A DNA stretch of 64,000 nt. It comes from Camelus dromedarius. Lineage: Eukaryota. Shown in pieces: positions 39,090 to 52,018 of the stretch; the first letter of the stretch is position 1; each line of letters opens with the position of its first letter. The DNA lies in contig NC_087436.1 of the NCBI RefSeq assembly GCF_036321535.1, forward strand, positions 90,832,001 to 90,896,000, given 5' to 3'. Under the pieces are notes generated by a model. It had not been told where the DNA came from. It saw only the letters and a list, made by a program, of their open reading frames with translations, and searched no databases. The position numbers were made by a program, and so were the translations under genes.

Positions 39090-39462
39090 TTCACTGATCT
39101 CCTAGATGGTTTCCTCTGGAAAAGATCCAGCTGTGTTCCATGAAGATGCCCAAGTGGCCCTGTGGAGAGCCCACATGAGGAGGGACTGAGCTCCCCCTTC
39201 CACTGTCAGCACCAACTTGCCCACCGCAGGAATGAGCCACCTTGGAAGGAGATCCTTCAGGGCCAGCCAAGGCTTCAGACGCCCTCCACCCCAGCCAACA
39301 TCCGACTGCAACCCAGGAAGAAGGCCTGAACCAGAACCTGCCCAGCCAAACTGTTCTGAATTCTCGACCCACAGAAATGGCGAGAGATAATAAATGATTA
39401 CTGTTCTTTTAAACCACTAAGATTTGGGGTAACTTGTTAGGTAGCAATAGACAGCTAATAAA
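39090..39462 (+). mobile_element. MaLR LTR fragment (MLT1G/H-like)
   Basis: 'ccctgtggagagcccacatgaggagggactgag...cccacagaaatgg...ttttaaaccactaagatttggggtaacttgttaggtagcaatagacagctaata'. Confidence 0.75.
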
Positions 39463-39619
39463 GTGACCTACAGCCACTTAAAAACAACATAAATTTGAGA
39501 GGTTCATGAGCAAGTCAAACCAGCAGGAATCAGAGCATAGACGTAATTAATCAGCAAGTGTTTATTAATTCCCTGTAAAATAAAAGTAGTTAGTTACTTA
39601 TAAAATAGTGAGGCAATGT

Positions 39620-39850
39620 TCTACAATAAGTAATGGGATGGACTCTGAAACTAGACTGCCTAGATTCGTATCCTAACTACTCTATTGTGGGGGCTTCAGC
39701 CAGTCACTTACCTTTGTGGGAGGTAATACCATTTTCTCTCATTTATAGAACAGAGATGATCAAAATGATACTTCACTCAAAGGTTAGTTGTGAAGATTAT
39801 ATGACCTGATTCAATAAAACATTTAGAACTTTGAATAGCAAGCATATAAT
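39620..39850 (+). mobile_element. MIR SINE
   Basis: 'atggactctgaaactagactgcctagattcgtatcct...gttgtgaagatta'. Confidence 0.65.
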
Positions 39851-39934
39851 ACTTGCATAATATGTAATACGTAATATGCTTATATTATAAAAATACCTAC
39901 ATATACATATAGCAATACTTACATATATCCATAT

Positions 39935-40070
39935 ACTCATTTAATCTTTATATGAAATAGGTACCACTATATTTTCCATTTTGCAGATGAGGAAACTAAG
40001 GCACAATGAGTAAGGTGTAAAGCCATGCTTCAAATCTAGACAGTTTGTTACCAGATTTTGCCCTCCTAAT
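39935..40070 (-). mobile_element. MIR SINE
   Basis: 'ctcatttaatctt...ccattttgcagatgaggaaactaaggcaca'. Confidence 0.75.
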
Positions 40071-40561
40071 AATGATATAGAATCTTCTAATTAGGACATG
40101 CTCCATAAATGCTTGATATTATTGATAAATCATGCTAGTTGATGTTGGAAATAATACATCTATCATCTTTTTTTTTTCTTAAGGAGTTTACATTTTAGAT
40201 GAGAAAATGAGATTAACAGAAAATCAAAGATTTGTTAGGAATATTTTGCTTTATAGAAAAGTAATATATTTCATTCAGTAAAATTAAGCTGACATTTATG
40301 AAATGGTCTCTAGGAACTAGTAATGGGACAAAGCTCCACATAAACATGTTCTTGATAGAACAATTCTGTGCAGATGTTTGGGGCCTCGGATGTAATGTGC
40401 ACAAAACATCCTAAGGGCGTTTGAGAGATTCGGCCTTGCCCTCACTGTCAGGTTGTCAGCAGCATTTCTCATTGTTTTCCATGCACAGCCTCAGAAGTCC
40501 CTTTAACCTGTCCTGGACTGTTCTCCTAATTTGCTTTCCAATGAGAAAAGAAATAACCAAG

Positions 40562-41014
40562 CATAATAGGTTGAATAGTGTCCTCAAAAACTCATGTCTT
40601 CCCAGAACCTCAGAATTAACCTTATTTGGAAACAAAGTCCTTGCAGATGTAGTTAGTTAAGGTAAAGGAGGTCACACTGGATTAGAGGGAGCCTAAGTCC
40701 AACGTCTGGGGATCGTGTTAAGAAGAGGAGAAAACAGAGATACAGAGACACACAGAAAAGAAGACCGTATAAAGACACAGGTTAAGACTGGAGAGGAGAG
40801 ATGCAGTTATAAATCAAGGAAGACCAAAGATTGCTGTGAGCCCCCAGACGCTAGGAAGAAACAAGAAAGGGTTTTCCCTGGAGCCTTCATCGGGAGCACA
40901 GCACCACCCACACCGAGATTTCAGACTTCTAGACTGAGCTGATACGTTTCTGTTATTCTAAGTCACCAAATTAAGTGATAATTTATTAAGGCATGCCTAA
41001 GAAATGAATATACC
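40562..41014 (+). mobile_element. MaLR LTR (MLT1B/C-like)
   Basis: 'ggttgaatagtgtcctcaaaaactcatgtc...gaacctcagaattaaccttatttggaaacaaagtccttgcagatgtagttagttaagg'. Confidence 0.85.
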
Positions 41015-42239
41015 AACATGATAGAAATTGTGTTTAGAAAGCTCATTAAAACGCAGGAAAGTACCTAACTCTCTCACTATGGTTTACAGAACCCTTCTTA
41101 GGGAAAACATGCAAGTCTAGGGGCTTTGGAAATACTTCAGCAGCCACAAAACCTATCTTTATTCTGGGCTCCAAGTCAGAAACAAGAGACTGGAATTATT
41201 AAGTTGTTAGCAGAGCACGGAGCCCTGAAAGCCAAGAATCCCTGCCTTGCCTGGTAATAGTATGACTAGTCCCTAAGATCTCTTAAATTCTAGGAGAAAA
41301 TGACTGTGTGATTCCTCCTGAGAATCTCATTCCTTGAACCACACACAGGTGATAATCTAAGGTCAGAAGCACAGCAGAGAGAACAGAATTGGCCCCAGTT
41401 GGAGTCTCCAAGCATTATGTGGGACACGAAGCAAAGGTCCATGGAACCACTCTTTCACTGGTGAATCGTGTTTATCAGCAACAGGAGGTTAGATTACAGA
41501 AGTCAGTGATGTGCTCTTGAAAACGGAAGAGAAAAGGGCACTTCACAAGTGATAGACTTGGAACAAGCTGTGCTCCACATCTTATTCTTTGTACCTCACT
41601 GCTTATTATTAGAAATTTACGAAGAGGAGTAGCAAGAAATTCATTCCTATGGAATGTGGATATAACTTGACTTCTTTCTGTAAAGATAAATAATGTTTCT
41701 TGCTTCATGAAATTCTTCCATTGGCTCTTGATGATTCATAGAATTACAGTGCAGCCTGCAGACAACAGGCTGTTGAGTTTATTCCCCAGCCTTTGAGCAG
41801 AGAATATCTGATGAAGGTGGCTATTGTGCAAATGACACAACATATGCAAAGTGTCAGGAATATAGTGTAAGTATGTGCTAAAAAATGAGTTCCTCCCACA
41901 GTTACCCTAAAACCTCCTCTTCTTTTTAATGTTTTTTTTTCTTTTTTAGTGTAACAATCAGAGAAAGATTGTCTTAGCAATTCTAAAGTCTCACAACTAT
42001 ATACTCAAAAAAAAAAATTCCAAAGTTCTTGTCCATTTCCCTTTGAATTGTGATTAGCAGTACCAGCTCGCTAAAATATAGCACATCGTATACTTTAAGG
42101 CAATTAGGTGTTCCCTCACGTTACCTTTCTGCAGAAAGTAAAGCCTCACCCCTTTAGAATTTCTTCAGGGCTTACTGTTTTATTGTTTTTCTTATTCTCC
42201 ACTAGAGGCACTTTAAATTTTTTCACACCTTATATGAGG

Positions 42240-43085
42240 GCTCCAACAGACAGAAAGAAAAGAAGAGAAGGGATACCTACATTGATGGTGGTATATCTAT
42301 GAAAGAGACACATGAGTTGATTAAAGGAGCTCCCAATGGCCAAAGCTGAAACAATTTGAACAAAATAAGTGAAGTACTATTGGATTATAACCCAAAGCAT
42401 AAAATAAGTAGATCTAAATTCATACTGATACAAATAAATGACTGAATAAATAAATGGGAAAAAGAGGCAAGTCTCCCACACAAAAGAATTTCAAATAATT
42501 TATGTAGATACTGTGTCCTCAAGAAGGTGGAATAACTCCCCACTCCCAAAATGTAGGCTGCCCATAGTGACTCCCCTTCAATGAATACAGTATGGAGAGA
42601 GAAAGAACAGTAACTCAGCAGTGGAGAAACCTGACAAACACTATCAGGCCAAGTGCTCGAGGTTACCATTAACCACAGCAAACATTTTGATAGTATGTAC
42701 CCTAGATATGATGTGATGAGAATGGCATTTTACCCCTGTGGTCTTCCTCCCCCAAATGCATAACCCTCATTTAAGCATGAGAAAAAGATCAGCCGAACTC
42801 AAATTGAGGGACATCCTGCAAAAATACCCGACCAATACTTACAAAATTCTCAAGGTCATCAAAACCAAGAAAAGTCTAAGAAACTGTCACAGTCTAGTGA
42901 AGCCTAAAGAGATGTGACAACTAAATGTTATTGTGGTACCTTGGATAGAATCCTGGAATAGAAAAAAAAAACATTAATGTAAGACATGAATAATAGAGGA
43001 AACTGGATGTGGGGTACATGGGACCTTTATGTATTATCTTCGTAATTTTTCTAGAAACCTAAAACTACTGTAAAAGCTTGTATTT
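42240..43085 (+). mobile_element. LINE-1 3'UTR (L1MC2/3-like)
   Basis: Contains 'ggagctcccaatggccaaagctgaaacaatttg', 'ctcaaggtcatcaaaaccaagaaaagtctaagaaactgtcacag' and 'gatgtgacaactaaatg'. Confidence 0.85.
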
Positions 43086-43399
43086 AACTATATAGAGATG
43101 CACTCTTGGTGCCTGTTCCTGGTTTCCTAGCTATCACTAGCCAGCTTCCTCAGGAAGCTCTCCCAGCTTAGCACCTAATTAAACCTCATAAAATCCTTAT
43201 GAGATAGATTCTATTATTACAGCAGTTTAACAGATAAGATTACAAAACTGGGAAAGTTTAAATAGCTTGCCAAAGGCCTGCCAAAAAAGTAGCAGAGCTG
43301 GAATTAGAATTTAGACAGCCCACTTGTAGAACTTATCTTAACCACTATACCATACTATTCTATAATGTGACAGTGTACAGAGAAAATATAAATCAATCT

Positions 43400-45265
43400 A
43401 CACATACACTTTTAGAATTGATATATTATTTTAGAATAGTTTATGATCATAAATTTAACATGGAATAACATACTGTTTTTCTATAAATTCCCACAACAAA
43501 TCATTAGAAAATAAAAAATGTTTGTGAACATACTATTTACAGAGCATCAAAATTATGAAATATAGAAAATCTGATAGCAGATGTGTAAGATCTCTACAGA
43601 GAAAATGATAACACATTACTGACAGAAATTAAAGACCTAGATAAATGTAGGGGTTAACATGTTTATTTGTGGGAAGACGATATTATGAGGATATTAATTC
43701 TTCTCAAACTTCTAAAGAAATCAATACGATTACAACAGAGTGGGAGTATGTGAAATTAACTTTATAAATTATCCTGAAATTTAAATCTAATGCAATGGAC
43801 TAGGAAATAATCAAGATACTATTCAAGATAGAAGAAAGAGAAAGGTTTGCTTTAACACATGATGTAAAGGTTTATTTTAAAGCAACATTTTAATTAAAAC
43901 AGCATGATATTAATGCCAGGATATACAAACAGACAACTAGAATTGATTTTAAAAGATCCCAGAAAGGGCTCCATGCACATATGAACATTTAATTCAAAAT
44001 AATGGCAGCATTGTAGAACATTCCCAGGAGGGCAGACTTTTCAATAAATAACCCTTGGAAACAACTGGACAAAATAAGGGGAAAAAAACCAAAATGTACC
44101 CCTACCTCACATCGTATGTAAATATCAAAACTTAGTGTTGTGCAGATATAAATGTAAAAGACAAAACTATAAATTTTCAGAATGTCATAGAAGAGTATAT
44201 CTTCATGACCTTGGGGTAGGAAAAAGCTTTTTAAACAGGACCCCAGAAGTAGTAAACATAAAGAAAAAAGATTTAAAGATTGGACTACATAAAAATTAAG
44301 GACTTACATTCTTCAAAAGATATCAAGAGAGTGAAAGGCAAACCAATATTCAAAAGATATAACACACATGCACATCTGAATACATAAAGAGCTCTTACAA
44401 GTCAAAAATTAAAAGCTAGCCAGTCCAAAGAGAAAATAAGTAAGAGTGGAATAGGTACTTTGTAAAGAAGATATTTTAGTGGCCAACAAATATATGAAAA
44501 TATTTTGTTCTAGAAAAATCAGATAAATGCAAATTAAAATCGCAAAGAGATAATACTAGAAATCCACAAATGGCTAAAATTAAGACTTACAGCCAAGTAT
44601 TAGCAAGTAAAACAACAGGAACTACCACACATTGCTAGTGACGTAATAAACTGGTACAATTGCTTTGGAAACAGTTTAGTATCAGCTGCTTAAATTGAAT
44701 ATACACACACACTTTAACAGGAATTCTACTACAAGGTATATATCCAGGAAAAATGTGTTCACAGGTGCAGCAAAAGACATTTACAAACATGCTGACTATT
44801 TATAAACACCTCAAACTGGAAAAGGCCCAAGTATCTATCAACATTAAAATGGATAACAGATTGTGGAAGACTCAAACAACAGAATACAACTCACCAATAA
44901 AAATGAGCCAACCACCTCTGCAACAACAAGAGGGGTGAGTCTCACAAACAGAACACTGAGCAAAAGCAGCCTGAAAAAATAAAATATTCATTGTATGGTT
45001 TGATTTATATGAAGTTCCACAAGAGGTAAGACTATAGTCTAATGATTAGAGATTTGTGCTTCAACGAAAAAAACTACAAACAGAAGAAAGCATACGTTAT
45101 GAAAGTCAAAGAGTGCTTACTTTGGAGGCAGGGATGGTGATCCAGGCTTTAGTAACTGGTAGTGGACTTGATTTCCTGGTTGTTCATTTTGCATTTGATA
45201 ATAATTCATTGAGTTGTATATTTGTTTTGTGTGCTTCTGAACAAAATATATTTTAAATATAAAGA
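43400..45265 (+). mobile_element. Old LINE-1 (L1ME/L1MD-like) ORF2 and 3'UTR
   Basis: Degenerate ORF2 DNA: 'aattaaagacctagataaatg', 'ccctacctcacatcgtatgtaaatatcaa', 'cttcatgaccttggggtagga', 'aaatgcaaattaaaa'. Confidence 0.8.
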
Positions 45266-46334
45266 TGCAAATTCTTCTTGCATTAAAAAACATTTTATTT
45301 CATGTACGGAAAAGTTTTATAAGAATAAGGCATGTGTAGAATGTTCTTATCTTCTCACTCCTGTCACAGGCCACAGAACATGAGACCCTTAGGATCCCAT
45401 CACCAGATATACCTAACTTGTAAAAGATTTAATCAAAATGAAAGTGAAATAGAATTTTATACTAGAAAAAATAGATAATTTACCAAGGATGACTTGAACT
45501 TTAATTACAAATTGCACATGACTTCCAAGCAAGTCTTCCCAAGGAAGGCAAGACTATAATCAGTCTCAGTGCTATACAGTGTCCCCATTGTGCAATTTGA
45601 CAGGCTGGTAATTAACATGGTCACAACTATAGCTATCAAGCATGAAAGCAATGCTGAGTGTGTTTCTGACCCAGCTGCTATCAGCATGGGGTAGAAGAAT
45701 TGAAAATATTGCCAAGAAATCAATCTCTTCCATCAAAACTGAGTCAACTCTGAGCAGTAGTTCAGTAGTTTTACAAGAACAAACACAACCTCAACCAATT
45801 GCCGCCTAGAACATTAATACAGAGGGCTCCATTTCATTTTCTTCATCTATAGTTTATGGGCAGGTGTTCTAAATGTCTGCCAAGAAAGTAGTATAAGGTG
45901 TTTCAGGAAGCAGGACAGAGGTGAATGGCATCTTTCTAAGTACACAAAAGAAATATATCAATTGTCAATTAGGACCATTCCTTGATCTGCAAGACTTGTT
46001 TTTTTTTTTTTTTATTAGATAAAGCTTTCCATTTCTAGAAATTAAGAATGACTGTTACTGCAACACCAAGTGGGCAGTAGTGGGTCGTAAGTAGGGGAGA
46101 AGAAAAAAGATGCCAGAAATCTTTGGCAGAATTGTGAATGGAGACCAAGAAGACTGGCCAAGAAATTAACCAGTTTGGGTTATGTCATCTAAGTGGCTAA
46201 CTCCGTGGTATGCAGAGCCCAGGCCAAAAAAAAAAGAAAAAAAAGAAAAGAAAAAAATGCAGCACCCTTTCAATAAAAACAATTTCATTAAAAATACATT
46301 ACAAAAATTCATGGACCTGTGAAAGATACAGGAA

Positions 46335-49300
46335 GCAGGACAGGACATAAGAACATTTTAACTACAATGCAAGCCTGAGAAAGTCTTGTCCAACCTGGAA
46401 GGGAGCTCAAGGGGAAGTATTGGCTATTGCAGGAGTCTGCGTCAGGCCAAAATGCCCAGGCCTTAAACACTTCGCTTATTCAGTCACCAGTTGTGAGCTT
46501 CCTTGCAAAGCATGTGACCTGGAGTGGAACAACTCGGCACAGCCAAGGCAAGTCCTGAAGGACTGAGAGCTGAGGGTCCTCTGCTGTCTTGGACACCTGC
46601 AGCTGAGCAGCCAGTTCTCTAAAGAGCCATCTGCAGGATATATCTATGTCACCAATGTCCAGCCCTGGGACTACTTGGACTGGCTTCTTCATAAACGTTC
46701 AGAAGACAGCCTCTTCAGGGTGGCTGTGGGCATCTTTTTCTGAAGGGAAACTTGGTAGAGGGAGGCTGTGGAAGTTAGTCCTAGGAAGGCTAATACTCAT
46801 TGTCCTGCTTTGCCGTCCATTCTAGAGCCCCTCACCCTCAGTTACCAATTCCACTGACGCTGATGGCTCTCCTGGTCAGCCTGGGCTACTAGAACAACAC
46901 ACCATGTACTAAGTGGCTTAAACAATGGACATTGGTTTCTCAGAGTTCTGGAGGCTAGAAAGTCCAAGATCAAGGTGCCCGGCAATTCAGTTCCTGATGA
47001 GGGCTCTCCTCTTGGCTTGCAGATGGCCACCTTCCTGCTATGCCTTTACATGGCAGAGAGAGAGCTCTTCCTCTTTGTATAAGGGCACTATTCCCACCAT
47101 GAAGGGGCCATCCTCACGACCTCATCTAAACCTAATTATCTCCCAAAGGTCTCATCTCCAAATACCATCATATTAGGGGTTAGGATTTTAACATATGAAT
47201 TAGTCGGGGGGACAATTCAGTCCATAGCAGTGGCTTACCTGATGTCATAACACACACACTCATCTCCAGGGTGAACCAAGAGACACTCAAATAGATCACC
47301 TGATTTTGTACAGGATCATTCACACACCACAGAAAGGGGGAGAAGCACCCTGCTCCTGCTAGTGGGTGCCATGAGGTCTTGTGCTGTCTGTTTATGCAGC
47401 ATTTTCACACTTTCTGAATCTGTCTGTGCTCGATCCTGGCTGTAACTCTTCCATCTTATAATGGATTATTGTTGGTACTACCTAACTTTATGACTTAGTG
47501 GGACTTACAGGACCCAGCTCGTGATCATTAGTTCTGTCCACATGGTCACTGGTAGTCCCACGGACAGGCCGAGAGTTATTTTCGAAAGGCATTTAATTCC
47601 CTGACACAAATGTTATGGCCTTTTTCCAGAACCCGGAGAACATATGTTGTAATTCTACCACTGGTACTTGTCACAAAATCAATATGGTGCCTTTTCCTAG
47701 CACTGATAACTCCAGCACAGAGGTTCTGACTGATTGCAAAGTCCAAAAAAGCAGGGCTGTTTGTCCACAGCCCTGATCTGCTCAGAGCCCTCCATGACTC
47801 TGTCTACACTCAAAGCTAGCAATTTTTTTTCCATCACTTTGTGTATCAGCTGAGCAGTATCCCTAAGCGATATGTGCTTCCTCCAGAACACAAAGGGACC
47901 TGTCAGACATTGTGTTTTCTTATTCATGGTAGAAGCAGCAATATGTAAATTATCTTTTACTTTGGATGAGGATAAACTGGCAGGCCCTTGACCACTGAAC
48001 TTCTAAATTTTACTCAAGTGGCTACTCCTTGAATCTTCTCAGGGTTTACATTTTACCCTCTGCAGCAATGTATCTTCCCAACCCTATAGCAGGGCTGGCT
48101 ACTTCTTGCTTGTCCAGTCAGATCAATGTAATATTATTGACACAATGAATCAATGTAATAGTCTTCAGTCTATCAGAAATGGTCCAGACATAATGTAGTT
48201 GGACTACATTATGACAGAGAGTAAGAGAGTTAACACACACATGGAGCATGACTCTGTAGATATAGGCTACATTAATCTCCTCCAAAAAAGACGCTATCTC
48301 TGGCATGGTGGCTATGATTAGAGCTACAATGCATTTGAGTTTGCAGGAATGCACAGTCATGGTACAATATCCATCAAGTTTCTGCAGTGGCTGACCTGAT
48401 GAATTAATAGGTATACCACCATCTCTTCATCTTTTAGATCTTTAATCGTAGTTCTAACCTCCTCCATCCAAGCTCTATTTCCTGTAATGCACTATTGTTT
48501 TTTATTTACTATCTTGTTTTATTTGGTCATTAACCCACATACCAAAGACTTAATATATGATAGTGTTAATTACCAAGCATGTCAATCCCAATTATATATT
48601 CAAAGAATAAATAAATGACCATTAGATGGGTTTGGACCCAGCATAAACTGAACCCTGACCAGCATTCCATTTTTCATCTGATCCCATATGTCCCTGCTCT
48701 AACAGGGGGGCATGGAGACAGAGTGTCAAGGTCAATTCAGACCCTATTTCCAAGAGTTCTCAAATGCCTGGGTATGCCCCTTTACCGTGTGTGTCACTGT
48801 TGAATGAATGGCCATAGGTAATATTGAAGGACTGGAGGAATAAGTATGGTAGGTATCTGAATTGGTGTTGCAGCGTATTGATGACTTCTTTAGTGAATGG
48901 ATTCCAGGTCTGAAAACTAGAAATATTTGTGGGCTGACCATCTGAGCTCCTGCTTATCCATTCTTTTTTATTTTTATTATATATTTTCAAAGTACCCTTT
49001 GTTACTGGTGCCCAAATGTTTCTCCCTTTGTGATGCTGTGTTCAAGTAACCATCTTCACAACCTTTTATGTCAACTTCCCTAGCCTACTACTCCAACAGC
49101 TACAATAATTGAGACTGACTTCTAGTGGTTAAGCATTACCACCTACTCCACATTGTTTCTGAATCTTATCATCATTATGGTTATGAGGGAGCCTGGTTTT
49201 TAATGCCTTATCCTACATTAAGCCTTGGTTACAGGGGAGAGTCATCAGGGGACAACTTTAGGGAAGCTAAGACACTCACCAGCACATTCTTTATGGTTTT

Positions 49301-50845
49301 AGTAAATGGTGTGTCTTTTGAGCCTTCCTATGGAACATAATCATCTGGAGGGTTTTCTAGCCACACATGGTATATCCATTCCAGTGTTCCTACTTCTCTG
49401 AGCCTTTAAATCTCTTCCTCTACCATCTGGCACAGTGATTCTAACATTTCAACTTCACTCAGTACAGGCCATCACTTCTTGTATACTTCCAGGAGCCATG
49501 ATAATAGCAAGTTCTCACCAATCCCTTCCAAATCAATAAATTCTGAATCCAATTTTATGTTAAGGACCACATTGATCAAACAACCTCAGAATCCACTCTC
49601 ATGCCGACTTCCCCCATTAGTGCCAATATATACGTCCCCTAGTTGTACTGCTCCTTTACGTATAGTCTCTTCTTTCCCTATCAGATGCAGACTGTGTCTG
49701 CTAGAGGTATGTTATCACTTAACCCTAGTTACAGCTCTGAAAGGAATGGCCAGGAGGAAAAATGAGAAAAGATTATGGAGAGGTGAGGGGTTGGGGCAGG
49801 GGGGACACATGTGCACCTTGCGCACTGTCTTATAGCAGGCAGATTCCCAAAGGAAGATGTTAACACCATCTCCAGCCTTGGAAGAGTCTGCAGAAACAAA
49901 ACCTTGAGGAGCATCCACCCAGATCTCTCCAACCTTTTTTACTGGGGCCCCAGGTTTTCCTCATCAGGGTCCTAACCTTGACATAACAGATTTGACTTAG
50001 TTGGGTTTTAATCATCTTTGAAGGTTAGTCCTTGGTCCTCTACTTTCTTCACTCTCTGTCTAAAAGTGTTGAGAACTTCTTTATGTGCAACAGAAGAGGC
50101 CCTTTGGCTTCACATCTAGCTTTCTATTACCTTTTACTTCCTGTCATATCTTCATTGTCTTTCTGAGGAGCACGAGTGGAATTTAGCAATACCCACCCAA
50201 CCCCATTATCTTTATAGTTACCATTTTCTCTAAACATTTCAAAGTCCTCATACATTCCCTCCCATTGGCACACCCTCCCAACTCATCACCAGTTAAAGTT
50301 TTAACAATTGGACTTCCACCTATAACCAGGGATGAGGACCTCACTACCAGTCAGGCTGTGAGTGATCAAGCTCCAAAACCCCATCTCAACACCTACTTTC
50401 TTAGACACTCCTGATCCCAACTGTTAGAAGTTTAGTTCCTTCGACAAAGACTCTGGGATGCAGTTTGGCGGTTCAAGGTAGTTATTAGGGATCAATACTT
50501 GTGAAGAAAATGAGGAGGAAAAAGGACTAGACAGAAAACAAAGTAAGAACGTGACATATCTGATAAAGCCTTGCTCAACACAACAAAGAGATCTGGAGCA
50601 AAATTTGCCTGTCCTAGTTTCTCACATTGGGTGAAAAAGGACCTCTGTGTACCTGCCTTTGTCAGCTGTTAAATGCAGATACCTAGGCAATCCATGACCT
50701 CAGTGAAGTTTTCTTTCTGCAGCTGAACCCAACCCTGAAGGAATTATGATATGAAAGTGTTTGGCTGACTGCACTGCCCATAGCTGGGCAACAAGTCCTG
50801 CCTTGAACTGGGATTAGGGTAGCACAGATCTTCTTGTCTATAATA
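46335..50845 (-). mobile_element. Ancient ERV-L-class provirus (ERV3-16A3/LTR16-like), internally deleted
   Basis: LTR16-like copies lie at about 50422-50845 (5') and 46335-46655 (3'). A degenerate tRNA-Leu-like PBS sits at about 50404-50421. The minus-strand ORF 48118-48360 (MTVHSCKL...IIATMPEIASFLEEIN...NSLTLCHN...TITLIHCVNNITLI) aligns to ERV-L RT (MTVDYRKL...IAAAVPDVVSLLEQIN...NSPALCHN...ITLVHYIDDIMLI). Confidence 0.85.
46868..47229 (-). mobile_element. MLT1A-like LTR inserted in the provirus
   Basis: 'cagagttctggaggctagaaagtccaagatcaaggtgcc...caattcagtccatagca'. The 5-bp flanks ATGGC/GTGGC fit a decayed TSD. Confidence 0.85.
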
Positions 50846-50899
50846 ATAGATTAAAATTTAGATGTGAGAGTAAATGAGTCCCTAACGTTAAGACTACAA

Positions 50900-51645
50900 A
50901 TAATGAATGAAAGAAGGATAAAAAATAATTTTAAAAAACTACAAAGAGAAGGGAATTTCTTCAACCTGATAAAGGGTATCTATGAGAAATGCACAGTTAA
51001 CATCATATCTATTGGCAAAAGTCTGACAGCATCATGCATAAGAACAACAACAAGACAAGGATGTCTGCTCTTATCTCTTCTATTAGACATTGTACGCAAG
51101 GTTCATTCCAGGTACATTAGGCAAGAAAAAGAGATAAAATTCATCCAGATTTGAAAAGAAGGAATAAAACATCTTGTTTCATAGATAACACTGTCATATA
51201 TTAGAAAATTCTAAGGAATCCACCAAAAAACTCTTAGAACTAATAAATGAGTCCAGCAAGGTTGCAGGATGCAAGATCAATATACTAAAATCAATTGTAT
51301 CTTATTGTGTACACTAGCAGTAAACAACCTGAAAATGAAAGTAATAAAATAATGCTATTTACAATAGTATCAAAAAGAATTAAATGCTTAGAAGTAAATT
51401 TCACTAAAGAATTGTGAAACTTCTACATTGATACATACAAAACATTACTGAAGGAAATAAAAAAAAATACCAAAATAAATGGAAAGTCATTCCGTGTCCA
51501 TGGATAAGAAGATTCAATATTGTTAAGATGGCAACATTCACCCAATTAATCTACAGAATCAGTGCCATTCCTATCAAAATTCCAGTGTCTTTCTTCCAAT
51601 GTCTTTTTTTTTTTTGAAAAGTCAATCATCAAATTCATTTCGTTG
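50900..51645 (+). mobile_element. LINE-1 ORF2 (RT region) fragment
   Basis: ORF 50864-51154 contains EGNFFNLIKGIYEK...TRQGCLL..LL.DIV...IRQEKEIK, which is L1 RT. Confidence 0.9.
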
Positions 51646-51679
51646 CAACCAAACCAACTTTGAGATAGCCACACAAAGG

Positions 51680-52018
51680 AGTACCACTCCATACTAAAAA
51701 TAAGTAAACTGCATACAATAACTTGATGAATATCAAAAATTTATGTTAAGTGAAATTAAAAGATACAAAACAATTTTTACTGGATGATTTATTTATATGA
51801 AGTTTAAGAACAAACAAAACTAATTTAGAGCAGTAAAAACTGGAACAGCAATCACTGAATGACTAGAAGCAAATGTGAGGGAAGTTTCTGGGCTGATGAA
51901 AATATTCTATATTTTAATCAGGGTGTCAGACACTTGTCTGTTAACATTTATCAAAGCTGATCAATAGGTACAGATCTATGCATTCCACCTTATGTAAATT
52001 ATGCCTCAATTTTTTTTT
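51680..52018 (+). mobile_element. LINE-1 3'UTR (L1ME-like)
   Basis: 'gatttatttatatgaagtttaagaacaaacaaaactaat...tgatgaaaatattctatattttaatc...atgtaaattatgcctcaat'. Confidence 0.7.

Noticed and set aside
41595..41680. Possible minus-strand exon (ERSQVISTF...)
   Set aside because: The acceptor is good, but the GTACAA donor is weak and I see no recognisable homology.
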